Of a DNA stretch of 32,000 nucleotides, positions 8,257 through 16,107 are shown in pieces (position 1 is the first letter of the stretch; each line of letters starts with the position of its first letter). The stretch is from the NCBI GenBank assembly GCA_963704755.1, contig OY969938.1, positions 4,620,001 to 4,652,000 of the forward strand. The letters are read 5' to 3'. Position numbers and translations under genes: made by a program. Source of the DNA: an uncultured Chloroflexia bacterium. Lineage in GTDB: Bacteria > Chloroflexota > Anaerolineae > Anaerolineales > Anaerolineaceae. Under the pieces are notes generated by a model that had not been told where the DNA came from, did no database searches, and saw nothing but the letters and a program-made list of their open reading frames with translations.

Positions 8257-9300
8257 ATGAAATTCGAGAATCCGCATCGCAGATTTAACCCATTAACCGG
8301 GGAGTGGGTTTTGGTATCTCCTCACCGGGCCCGCCGGCCTTGGCTGGGACAGGTTGAGAAAATGGCCCCGGAACAGATCCCGGCGTACGACCCAGATTGT
8401 TATTTGTGCCCCGGCAACCTCCGAAATACCGGTAACCGTAACGAAGCCTATACGGAGACCTTTGTCTTCGATAATGATTTTCCGGCATTATTGGGCAAAG
8501 AAGAATTGGATGCGCCGGAAGAAAATTTGCAAGGGCTGTTGGTGGCTAAACCTGATTATGGCACCTGTAAAGTGGTGTGTTTCTCGCCTCGCCACGATTT
8601 AACCCTGCCGGAACTGCCGCTCGAAGGGGTCGTCAAGGTGGTCCAAACCTGGCGGCGTTTGAGCGAGGAACTGGCTGCCAATCCTGATGTGGGCTACGTG
8701 CAGGTTTTTGAGAACAAAGGCGCGATGATGGGTTGTTCCAACCCGCACCCGCACAGCCAGGTTTGGGCAACCCACCTGGTCCCCAACCAGCCGGCGATGG
8801 AAGCCTTGCGCCAGGAGGAATATTTGCGCGAACAGGGCCGCTGCCTGTTATGCAACTACGTGGACCTGGAAACGGCCGATGGCAGCCGCACGGTGGCGCA
8901 AAACGAGCATTTCCTGGCGGTGGTGCCTTTTTGGGCGGTCTGGCCGTTCGAGATCCTGCTGATCTCCAGGCGGCACTTCCAAAACCTGGCCGACCTGGGC
9001 CAGGCCGAAGAGCAGGCCCTGGCGGATATATTGAAGCAAATCACCACCCGTTACGACAACCTTTTCGAAATCTCGTTTCCATATTCGATGGGCTTTCACC
9101 AGGCGCCTTGTGACGGGCAATCGCACGAGAGCTGGCATTTCCATGCCCATTTTTACCCGCCCCTGCTGCGCTCAGCTACCGTCCGAAAGTTCATGGTTGG
9201 CTTCGAGATGCTGGCTATGGCCCAACGCGATCTGACTGCCGAAACCGCGGCGGAACGCCTGCGCGGCCTTAGCAGCATTCACTTCAAATCGGCCAGGTAA
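8257..9300 (+). CDS. galT: Galactose-1-phosphate uridylyltransferase (HIT superfamily)
   Basis: N-terminus [22 protein letters not shown]. Zinc site CYLCPGN. Active-site motif [10 protein letters not shown] (HxHxQ). ATG 8257 follows GAGAAGG. The ORF track starts at TTG 8224. Confidence 0.9.
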   Translation: MKFENPHRRFNPLTGEWVLVSPHRARRPWLGQVEKMAPEQIPAYDPDCYLCPGNLRNTGNRNEAYTETFVFDNDFPALLGKEELDAPEENLQGLLVAKPDYGTCKVVCFSPRHDLTLPELPLEGVVKVVQTWRRLSEELAANPDVGYVQVFENKGAMMGCSNPHPHSQVWATHLVPNQPAMEALRQEEYLREQGRCLLCNYVDLETADGSRTVAQNEHFLAVVPFWAVWPFEILLISRRHFQNLADLGQAEEQALADILKQITTRYDNLFEISFPYSMGFHQAPCDGQSHESWHFHAHFYPPLLRSATVRKFMVGFEMLAMAQRDLTAETAAERLRGLSSIHFKSAR

Positions 9301-9329
9301 ATTAACTACTCGGCTACCGCAAAAAAAGA

Positions 9330-9382
9330 GATGTGTTTATTGTTTTTCGTGTGCTTTGTAATTGAAAAACAATAAACACATC
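9330..9382. other. AT-rich 18-bp perfect inverted repeat with a 17-nt loop
   Basis: GATGTGTTTATTGTTTTT ... AAAAACAATAAACACATC, in the galT/DMT convergent intergenic region. Confidence 0.4.
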
Positions 9383-9406
9383 CTATTCGGAGTTGTGACC
9401 GTTTTT

Positions 9407-9445
9407 AGGCTGTCCCAAATCAGGTTGGGACAGCCTGTTTCTGTT
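9407..9445 (+). terminator. Intrinsic terminator (galT side of the convergent pair)
   Basis: AGGCTGTCCCAA / loop ATCAGG / TTGGGACAGCCT, followed by GTTTCTGTTTT. Confidence 0.6.
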
Positions 9446-10390
9446 TTATGCCGAGGGGAGTTGCTCTTCGGCGCCGGAAAGTTCGGCCTTGGAAGAGCGG
9501 CCCGGTTCACTGGGCCGAAGTTGGGAAAGGATAATCGCGGCCAGGATGAGCAGGCAGCCGAGGACCTGTAAGGGCTCGAGCGCTTCATGCAGGAACAGGA
9601 AGGCGCAAAGCGCGCCAAATACGGCTTCCATGCTGTAGATGATGGCTGCATCTGTGGTGGGGGCGTTGCGCTGCCCGATTACTTGCAAGGTGAAGCCAAT
9701 CGCGGCCGGGAAAATGGCCGAATACAGCACGGAAAGCCAGGCGGCCGGTAAAGGTGAAGTATGGCCCAGGTCGAAGAACAGGCTGAAAACCAGGTTGAGC
9801 AAGGCGCATGTTGCGAATTGCCCGAAGGTAAAAGCCAGGCTGTCCATCTCTTTGGATACCTTACCGATGAAGATCACCTGGCCGGTCCAAAAAATGGCTC
9901 CTACAAATTCGAGCAGGTCACCGATGGCAGGCTGGAATTTGCCGCCCGTGCTCAGAAACAGCGTCCCCGCGACTGCCAGGGCAACCGCCGCCCAAGTGAT
10001 CCAATTGACGTGCTGCCGTCCAAAGATCACCAGCGCAAGCGGGATCATAACCACATACAGGCTGGTGATAAAGCTGGCATTGGCGACCGAGGTGGTTTCG
10101 ATGCCGAGCTGCTGGAACATGCTTCCCCCGAATAACAGGCTGCCGGCGATGACAGTCCAGATTAATTGTTTGCGGTTGACCTTCCATTGGAAGCGGATCA
10201 GGGCGAACAGGATTAAGGCCGCGAGGCCAAAGCGCGCCCCGTTGAAGGTAAAGCTGCCCATCGATTCGGAAGCAATCCGCTGAGCGACGAAACCGCTGCC
10301 CCAGATTGCCGAGGTAAATAATAACAGGCCGTCCGATTTCAAACGGTTTTTGATTGGATTTGGCTGGATGGATAAATTATTTGAGGTCAT
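9446..10390 (-). CDS. DMT-superfamily (EamA-like) transporter
   Basis: About 10 hydrophobic helices in two internally repeated halves. Typical EamA-type sequence (LFTSAIWGSGFVAQR ...). Confidence 0.85.
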   Translation of the reverse strand: MTSNNLSIQPNPIKNRLKSDGLLLFTSAIWGSGFVAQRIASESMGSFTFNGARFGLAALILFALIRFQWKVNRKQLIWTVIAGSLLFGGSMFQQLGIETTSVANASFITSLYVVMIPLALVIFGRQHVNWITWAAVALAVAGTLFLSTGGKFQPAIGDLLEFVGAIFWTGQVIFIGKVSKEMDSLAFTFGQFATCALLNLVFSLFFDLGHTSPLPAAWLSVLYSAIFPAAIGFTLQVIGQRNAPTTDAAIIYSMEAVFGALCAFLFLHEALEPLQVLGCLLILAAIILSQLRPSEPGRSSKAELSGAEEQLPSA

Positions 10391-10405
10391 TGTATTTTAT
10401 AAAGG

Positions 10406-10436
10406 CACAGCAGGGCTTCAGCGAAGCCCTGCTGTG
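10406..10436 (-). terminator. Hairpin downstream of the dodecin gene
   Basis: CACAGCAGGGCTTC / GAAGCCCTGCTGTG forms a 14-bp stem. Only a weak T-tract follows on the minus strand. Confidence 0.45.
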
Positions 10437-10463
10437 ATATCCGCTATGGGAAAAACTTAGGGG

Positions 10464-10676
10464 CTATTCGTCCAGAGTGAACCCTATCTTGAGGGACACC
10501 TGCCATTGGCTTACGTGGTCTGCGTCAATACGGCCCCGTACTTCCGTGACTTCGAACCACTGCATGTTGCGCACCGTACGGGAAGCCCGGGCGATGGCAG
10601 ATTGAATGGCGTCTTCCACACCGGTGGGCGACGTACCGGTAATTTCGATTTGTTTATACACGCTGTTGTTTGCCAT
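10464..10676 (-). CDS. Dodecin-family flavin-binding protein
   Basis: The 70-aa sequence VYKQIEITGTSPTGVEDAIQSAIARASRTVRNMQWFEVTEVRGRI is typical of dodecin/DUF1458. Confidence 0.85.
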   Translation of the reverse strand: MANNSVYKQIEITGTSPTGVEDAIQSAIARASRTVRNMQWFEVTEVRGRIDADHVSQWQVSLKIGFTLDE

Positions 10677-10817
10677 TTTTTACCCTCTTTAAGGACCACT
10701 AATATAGATGATATTGTAACTCTTTCAGCGGGTTTTTAGGGGAAACCGTTCCCAGGTTAATTCGCCTTCACCCCTTTCAAGCGAATTCGCCAAAAGAGGA
10801 AATAGCCGCGGGGTCTG

Positions 10818-11309
10818 TCACCCGGCGCGATTGGCCGGCCAGGTACCCATGACCTGGCGCAAGATGGCAAACTCGCCAATGTGATAGGCGCTGTGATCGG
10901 CGACGACTTCAATCTCACGCAAAATGCAATAGCCGGCCGCATGGGGCAGGTCGCTGTACAGATCGGTAGCCGGGTCATTGACGATGGCCACCAATTCTTG
11001 CAGGTCGGCCCGGTAACCGGCCAGGGTCTTCTGCCAGTCATCCGGTGTGGCCTTTTGGCCTTCGGCCGGCCAGTAGTCCTCCGGCCAGCGCATGGCTTTG
11101 TAATTAGGGTTGCGGATGAAATCCAGAATATCCCATTGGGTGCGGCGAATATGCTCGAGCAGCGCCCAGGGCGAATATGTGACTTGGGGGGGCAGCTCGT
11201 TGATGCGCTCCATGGGGAAATCGGCGACGGCATCTTCGATCATCATGTGCGCCTGGCGGGCGGTGAGCAAAGCTACCAATTGTTTACGAACCGACGAATC
11301 AGCGTTCAT
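10818..11309 (-). CDS. DinB-family (DinB_2) four-helix-bundle protein
   Basis: Size and His-bearing helices (LLEHIRRTQWDIL, DHSAYHIGEF) fit the family. Confidence 0.8.
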   Translation of the reverse strand: MNADSSVRKQLVALLTARQAHMMIEDAVADFPMERINELPPQVTYSPWALLEHIRRTQWDILDFIRNPNYKAMRWPEDYWPAEGQKATPDDWQKTLAGYRADLQELVAIVNDPATDLYSDLPHAAGYCILREIEVVADHSAYHIGEFAILRQVMGTWPANRAG

Positions 11310-11416
11310 GGTTACTCCTTTTTACACTGAAGACCTGGCAGGAATTAGCTTGCGGGGCTGATGAACTTAATTTGTAACTTCTTGAGATGGCACTGAGCAG
11401 TTCCCTTGGTTTTTAG

Positions 11417-11755
11417 TTACTCCCACTCACTGGGATCATAGTGGCGCAGACGTTTGGTTTCGCCACGTTTCTTTTTTGACCCAACCCGGGCGGCTTTCGA
11501 GGTCAGCGATGGGCGGGTCGCTTTGCGCGCTTTGGGCGGCACCAGCGCTTCCCGGATCAACGTGACCAACCGTTGGGTGGCGTCCAGACGGTTCTGCTCC
11601 TGGGTGCGGTAACGTTTGGCCTCGATAATCAGCACACCTTCCTCGGTCAAACGGCTGCCGGCCAGCTTGGCCAGGCGTGTTTTGACGTCCAGGGCCAGGG
11701 CGGACGAGGAGCGCACGTCAAAGCGCAACTGCACCGCCGTGGAGACTTTGTTCAT
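11417..11755 (-). pseudogene. arfB: 5'-truncated arfB (peptidyl-tRNA hydrolase ArfB/YaeJ) lacking the GGQ motif; GC-rich, host-like composition
   Basis: NKVSTAVQLRFDVRSSSALALDVKTRLAKLAGSRLTEEGVLIIEAKRYRTQEQNRLDA...PPKARKATRPS aligns with the intact copy at 14453-14878 from its NKV codons onward. Upstream of codon N (11752-11750) homology to arfB stops and the duplicated flank begins. Confidence 0.75.
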
Positions 11756-11800
11756 GCCCTGTAGGAATTCCGGTGCACTTCTCGCTACCATTCTGCTACC
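11751..11800. repeat. Direct repeat copy 1 (arfB 3'-flank); matches copy 2 at 42 of 50 positions
   Basis: TTCATGCCCTGTAGGAATTCCGGTGCACTTCTCGCTACCATTCTGCTACC versus 14367-14416. Weaker similarity continues rightwards into the arfB remnant. Confidence 0.7.
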
Positions 11801-11836
11801 TTCGACAACCCGGTCCTAGAAGTCGGAAAAGAAAAG

Positions 11837-11977
11837 TCACTTCCAATCCTTCGGAACCAGGCGACGAAGCCGCTTGATTTCTCCTTGCTTCTTTTTGTCG
11901 CCTATCCGGGCCGCCTTCGCTGCGAGGCTCCGGCGGGTGGCTTTTCGCTATTTTGGCTTCTCCAGCTCTTTTTGGCT
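11837..11977 (-). pseudogene. arfB: About 46-codon C-terminal arfB remnant with an in-frame stop
   Basis: The minus strand reads SQKELEKPK*RKATRRSLAAKAARIGDKKKQGEIKRLRRLVPKDWK*. The intact copy reads IQKALNPPKARRATRPSLKAKATRVDDKKKHGEIKRTRQINPKDLE*. Confidence 0.7.
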
Positions 11978-11982
11978 ATTGT

Positions 11983-12246
11983 TTAATTATCAAATAAATT
12001 GCAACTGGTCGTGCAGTTTGGGTATGGCCCGCCACAAGCTCTACAGCCTACTGGCGTTTCCTCATCCTTATCATCATCGCAAAAATCATCATGGTTATCA
12101 AATATTATTTCGCTTTTCCCGATTTTGTTTGAATGACCACAATTCGAACATGTCCAATAGCCACAATAGGCATCAAATCCTGATTGGTCAGTTAAGTATT
12201 CATGGCATTCATCACAAAACCAATCATATTCCGATAGTTTTTTCAT
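11983..12246 (-). CDS. Small Cys-rich (zinc-ribbon-like) acidic protein, function unknown
   Basis: CDEC...CSNC and CRAC...C motifs. SD GGAGG lies 4 nt before the ATG. Confidence 0.55.
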   Translation of the reverse strand: MKKLSEYDWFCDECHEYLTDQSGFDAYCGYWTCSNCGHSNKIGKSEIIFDNHDDFCDDDKDEETPVGCRACGGPYPNCTTSCNLFDN

Positions 12247-12258
12247 TTTTCCTCCACG

Positions 12259-12444
12259 TCAATTATTTGTTTGTGTAAGTGCAATATCAACCGGTCCCAC
12301 TTTAACGTTTATGTCATAACGATGCTCTATTGCCATAAAAATGATTGTAGCTAAACACAGTAGGCATAAAACAGCCTCACTTTTACCTACATTTGGGCCG
12401 ATAATGTCTGTATAAATTTTTCTAATAGAATTTTCTGAATTCAT
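12259..12444 (-). CDS. 61-aa single-TM protein, function unknown
   Basis: ATG 12444 is preceded by GGAGGGG. One hydrophobic helix (AVLCLLCLATIIFMAI). It lies directly upstream of the Cys-rich gene. Confidence 0.45.
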   Translation of the reverse strand: MNSENSIRKIYTDIIGPNVGKSEAVLCLLCLATIIFMAIEHRYDINVKVGPVDIALTQTNN

Positions 12445-12594
12445 AGTACCCCTCCATTCGACAAGCACTTGTAATTTTCAGGTTTATTTGATACCATCAT
12501 TATAAAGAAATTAATGTCGGCAGTCAATATAAATTAAGCAAATGCGGATAAGACAATAATTACATAAATGTCCACACCTTGGAGGTGCACACAT

Positions 12595-12879
12595 ATGGCA
12601 AATAAGAAACTCAAAAAAGTTCTGTTAGACAGAGAATGTTTAATGGAAGCTTTACAGCTTAGAAATAGCAGTATAAGGAGCCTTGGAGCAGACTATGACT
12701 TTGGCTGGTCGTCCAAATCAGTTGAACGAGGAATAAAAATCGGAGAAGTATCTCCCGAGTTAATGGATGCACTTGGACAATATCTTAATGTGGACACCGA
12801 TTATCTTTCTGGAAAATACCATCGCGACGCTGAGAAGAGCAAGGATGAATTACTCTGTGTAATACTTAATCCCAATTAA
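12595..12879 (+). CDS. XRE-like helix-turn-helix protein (probably the N-terminal part of a longer frameshifted gene)
   Basis: SD GGAGG lies 9 nt before ATG 12595. HTH-like sequence: IRSLGADYDFGWSSKSVERGIKIGEVSPELMDALGQYLNVDTDYLSG. Confidence 0.6.
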   Translation: MANKKLKKVLLDRECLMEALQLRNSSIRSLGADYDFGWSSKSVERGIKIGEVSPELMDALGQYLNVDTDYLSGKYHRDAEKSKDELLCVILNPN

Positions 12880-13004
12880 AGGCAGAAAAATTCCCATACA
12901 TTCTAAAACAGCAACGCATTAAATATGACGGAAAGTTCCTGTATGACAGGTATTTAGAGTACATTCTTATTATTCATGATATTTCAAAGCGTCAATTTGA
13001 TGAG

Positions 13005-13274
13005 ATGCTATTTGAAAAGCAAAAAGCATTTCAACTGGACCTGGAAAAGGCAATTGCAGCAATACTAATAAAACATTTTCCATATAACGCCATGGGACAG
13101 GATCATTGGCCGGATATCGATAGAGTAAAGTATGAAATTGAGACGTATGACCAAGATGAGCCTGAAATCCGGGAAGATTTCATAAAGGTTGAAAGCGACG
13201 AAACCAATCCATTTGAAGGTAAATATTCAGATTTCCGGCCGACAGGAGAATCAAATAATGAAAATCAGAAATAG
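13005..13274 (+). CDS. ORF continuing the HTH gene in the -1 frame (frame open from 12870, first ATG at 13005)
   Basis: The frame reads SQLKAEKFPYILKQQRIKYDGKFLYDRYLEYILIIHDISKRQFDEMLFEKQ... with no start codon or SD before 13005. It overlaps the next gene by 17 nt. Confidence 0.4.
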   Translation: MLFEKQKAFQLDLEKAIAAILIKHFPYNAMGQDHWPDIDRVKYEIETYDQDEPEIREDFIKVESDETNPFEGKYSDFRPTGESNNENQK

Positions 13275-14286
13275 AATAGCTGAAATAAAAATATTGCAAG
13301 CTCACATTTTACAAGACTATTTTAGGATGGCTTTGACAGCGAATTTTAATGATGATGACACATGGAAATCAATACTTCATGAAGAGGTTCAAAGCGCCGC
13401 GAATGCTCATGATATAAACTCTCAAAGCTATGTTGGTGCATGGGAGAAAATGCAGTTAATAGGGATGGATCACTATTCAGTTGACGATATGGATACTACT
13501 ATCATTACAGCAATTCTTAAAAATTCCAAAAACCGCTATTTCTCCGGTTGTAAATTCAATAAGCTAGAACAGTATCTGGATTCTATTCAGGAGGATAGGA
13601 ATAATGATGCTCACACAACCGGTAATGAGACCGAATCAGAACTCTTACAACGGGCATATGGCTCGTTACATGGCATAAGCAGATTTATCTCCGCTGTTGC
13701 AAAAGCAAAAGTTAGTAAGGTGTCTGACGATGAAAGAAAGTCTTACGCCCGAAAATATCTGGCCGCGATAGACTCTCTACGCTTGCAGTTTGACAATGAT
13801 TATAAAGAAGCATTCAAATCAAATGATATTGAACAATCCATCAACCGGGATATTGAAAGAATTAAAACCAGCAAAGACCCTTTTAGAACATATGTCGAAA
13901 TTGAAGGACAGTACATCAATAAGCGAGATACCGAAGGAAAAATCGATTTAATCCTGCACAGAAAATTTATACAAACAGCAGCGGACGCAGGAATTGTTTG
14001 GGCCTGCCCCTTGATTGGAGATGTATATTTTGAGGGTTTATTAACAGATGTGGATTATATTAAGGCAGCCGAATACTATGAAAAGGGGTTTAGCCAAATG
14101 GGGCTACCGCAGAAATTGAGACTTGCAAGTATTTATATAAATGATCTTTGCAATTCTTCTCACTCAAAAGAGGAAGGAATGACAATTATAAAATCCTGTG
14201 AAAGCCCACAAAGGGAGATTATCACATACACCTCAAAAGATGGCTATGAGTTTTACTCATTAAAGAGGATTAAGCATAATTCCTAA
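13258..14286 (+). CDS. Swt1-like HEPN domain protein with C-terminal Sel1/TPR-like repeats
   Basis: SD AGGAG lies 9 nt before ATG 13258. MDTTIITAILKNSKNRYFSGCKFNKLEQYLDSIQEDRNNDAH contains an Rx4H motif (R114-H119, nt 13597-13614). Sel1-like stretch: AADAGIVWACPLIGDVYFEGLLTDVDYIKAAEYYEKG. Confidence 0.65.
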   Translation: MKIRNRIAEIKILQAHILQDYFRMALTANFNDDDTWKSILHEEVQSAANAHDINSQSYVGAWEKMQLIGMDHYSVDDMDTTIITAILKNSKNRYFSGCKFNKLEQYLDSIQEDRNNDAHTTGNETESELLQRAYGSLHGISRFISAVAKAKVSKVSDDERKSYARKYLAAIDSLRLQFDNDYKEAFKSNDIEQSINRDIERIKTSKDPFRTYVEIEGQYINKRDTEGKIDLILHRKFIQTAADAGIVWACPLIGDVYFEGLLTDVDYIKAAEYYEKGFSQMGLPQKLRLASIYINDLCNSSHSKEEGMTIIKSCESPQREIITYTSKDGYEFYSLKRIKHNS

Positions 14287-14313
14287 AACACACAACTCTG
14301 AAGAAAGGATGAA

Positions 14314-14352
14314 ACCCTGCTGGTCATTATGGCGGTCGGCAGGGTCTTTTTC
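14314..14352 (+). terminator. Probable intrinsic terminator of the HEPN gene
   Basis: ACCCTGC ... GCAGGGT stem followed by CTTTTTCTGTG. Confidence 0.45.
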
Positions 14353-14366
14353 TGTGTCTTTAAGTA

Positions 14367-14416
14367 TTCATACCTCGTAGGAATTCCGGTGCAATTCTCA
14401 CTTCCATTCAGCTAGC
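14367..14416. repeat. Direct repeat copy 2 (flank downstream of the intact arfB)
   Basis: TTCATACCTCGTAGGAATTCCGGTGCAATTCTCACTTCCATTCAGCTAGC. It matches 11751-11800 at 42 of 50 positions. Confidence 0.7.
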
Positions 14417-14452
14417 TGAGACAGCCAAAATCTGAACGTAGAAATGGGAAGG

Positions 14453-14878
14453 CTACTCCAAATCCTTTGGATTAATTTGCCGTGTCCGCTTGATCTCACC
14501 ATGTTTTTTCTTATCATCTACCCTTGTTGCTTTGGCTTTCAAACTTGGGCGGGTTGCCCTTCTGGCTTTAGGTGGATTTAGTGCTTTCTGGATTGTGGTC
14601 GTTAATCGAAGAATTGCATCCGCTCGATTTTGATCTTGAGTTCGATATCTTTTAGCTTGGATGATTAAAATACCATCTTCTGTCATCCGGCTGCCGGCAA
14701 GCTTGATCAGGCGTTCTTTGATATCTGGTTCCAATGAGGGGGAATTTCGAACATCAAACCTGAGTTGGACAGAGGTTGCGACCTTATTTACGTTTTGGCC
14801 TCCAGGACCAGATGCGCGGATAAAATCGTATTGTATTTCACTTTCATTGATTTTTATGGAAGTTGTAATCTCAATCAT
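14453..14878 (-). CDS. arfB: Alternative ribosome-rescue factor ArfB (class I release-factor-like peptidyl-tRNA hydrolase), intact, AT-rich
   Basis: 141 aa. Contains RASGPGGQNVNKV (GGQ motif) and a basic C-terminal tail (KARRATRPSLKAKATRVDDKKKHGEIKRTRQ). Confidence 0.9.
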   Translation of the reverse strand: MIEITTSIKINESEIQYDFIRASGPGGQNVNKVATSVQLRFDVRNSPSLEPDIKERLIKLAGSRMTEDGILIIQAKRYRTQDQNRADAILRLTTTIQKALNPPKARRATRPSLKAKATRVDDKKKHGEIKRTRQINPKDLE

Positions 14879-15273
14879 GCTCTAAGTTTACGGTCATTAT
14901 TTAAAATCCAATAGGGTTATTTTATAAATTCTCTCTTTTTTATTGGTTTCAAATCTTTAATCAACAAATAATAAACTCTGTAAGATTTCTAGATTTTGAC
15001 TCCGCCTTTGCCCGTTCCCATTCAGTTTTTGAGTAGATTTGGGTAAAAATGAGCAATTTTTGGTGAGCGTATTTTATTACCTTCAATGGATTAATTAACA
15101 TTCCTATCAATTATCGCCACTTGCTTTTTATGAAATTTTGCACCCCCTTTAGTATTTTTTGTTCATTGAGTTTTTTGTTTATGTAGTCAAAATCGCTATG
15201 TTTTATTCGCGGTCATTTTGTAGACTTAAATATTATTTTCCAAAAAAATATCTTATGGTTGATAATCCATAAA

Positions 15274-16107
15274 TTAAGGAACAATTCCGGAAACCAAAAT
15301 TTTCGCAGCTTTAATTAGTAATCCTACTTTCTTTTTATCAAATTCTTCATTTATTTCGAGATGAGCAGAAGATGGAGTGATATGGAATTTTCCTAACTTT
15401 CCAATCGAATCCTGATACTCTTTCACTTGTTTCTTCTGGAATCCGTTGTAAGTATTTAATACATTCCACGTAAATATTATCATTGCATTTTCTTTGGCTG
15501 ACCGAGGTGGATACAAACCGATTAATCTTAGCTTCTTTTTACCGTAAGGCGCTTCCAGAACAATGCACATTGGAGTAGTTTTTATGGATAAATTTTGTTT
15601 TTCCCATCCCTCTAATAATTGAATAATTATTTCACGTGCATGTGAATTACACAATTGGAGGACACCCATAATAATCTTGGTTTCCTCGGGAGTCATCTTA
15701 ATGTTAGGCAATTTAACACTATCATCTTGGTTATTACTATCATTTTGGATTTGAATAATAATTTCGAGAACTTTATTTCTAGTATTTTCAACTTCTTTTT
15801 GTAAATCATCCATAGACTTGGTATATTCGTCATTTGAACCATTTGGGATTAGTACACAATTAATGTTAAAGAGCGATTCCTGTAAGATAATGAAATGTGA
15901 ACCAGTTACACTATCTACCTTGTTAACTAAAAATTCTACCAACTCAGGAGTAACTGGAGGAACTTCTTCCGGTGAAAGGAGGATCGGTAAAAAATAAATT
16001 AAGTAGGATGTTTCTTTAGTGGTTCTTATAATGGAAATAAAACCATCATTATTCTTTAATTTCAAGACTTTAAATATGAGGGATTGTTTGAATTGTTTTA
16101 AATCCAA
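15274..16107 (-). CDS. 277-aa protein of unknown function, overlapping and coupled to the S1 protease gene
   Basis: A long ORF in DNA of about 30% GC. It starts at TTG 16107 inside the protease 3' end, with no SD and no ATG. I recognise no motif. Confidence 0.6.
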   Translation of the reverse strand: MDLKQFKQSLIFKVLKLKNNDGFISIIRTTKETSYLIYFLPILLSPEEVPPVTPELVEFLVNKVDSVTGSHFIILQESLFNINCVLIPNGSNDEYTKSMDDLQKEVENTRNKVLEIIIQIQNDSNNQDDSVKLPNIKMTPEETKIIMGVLQLCNSHAREIIIQLLEGWEKQNLSIKTTPMCIVLEAPYGKKKLRLIGLYPPRSAKENAMIIFTWNVLNTYNGFQKKQVKEYQDSIGKLGKFHITPSSAHLEINEEFDKKKVGLLIKAAKILVSGIVP

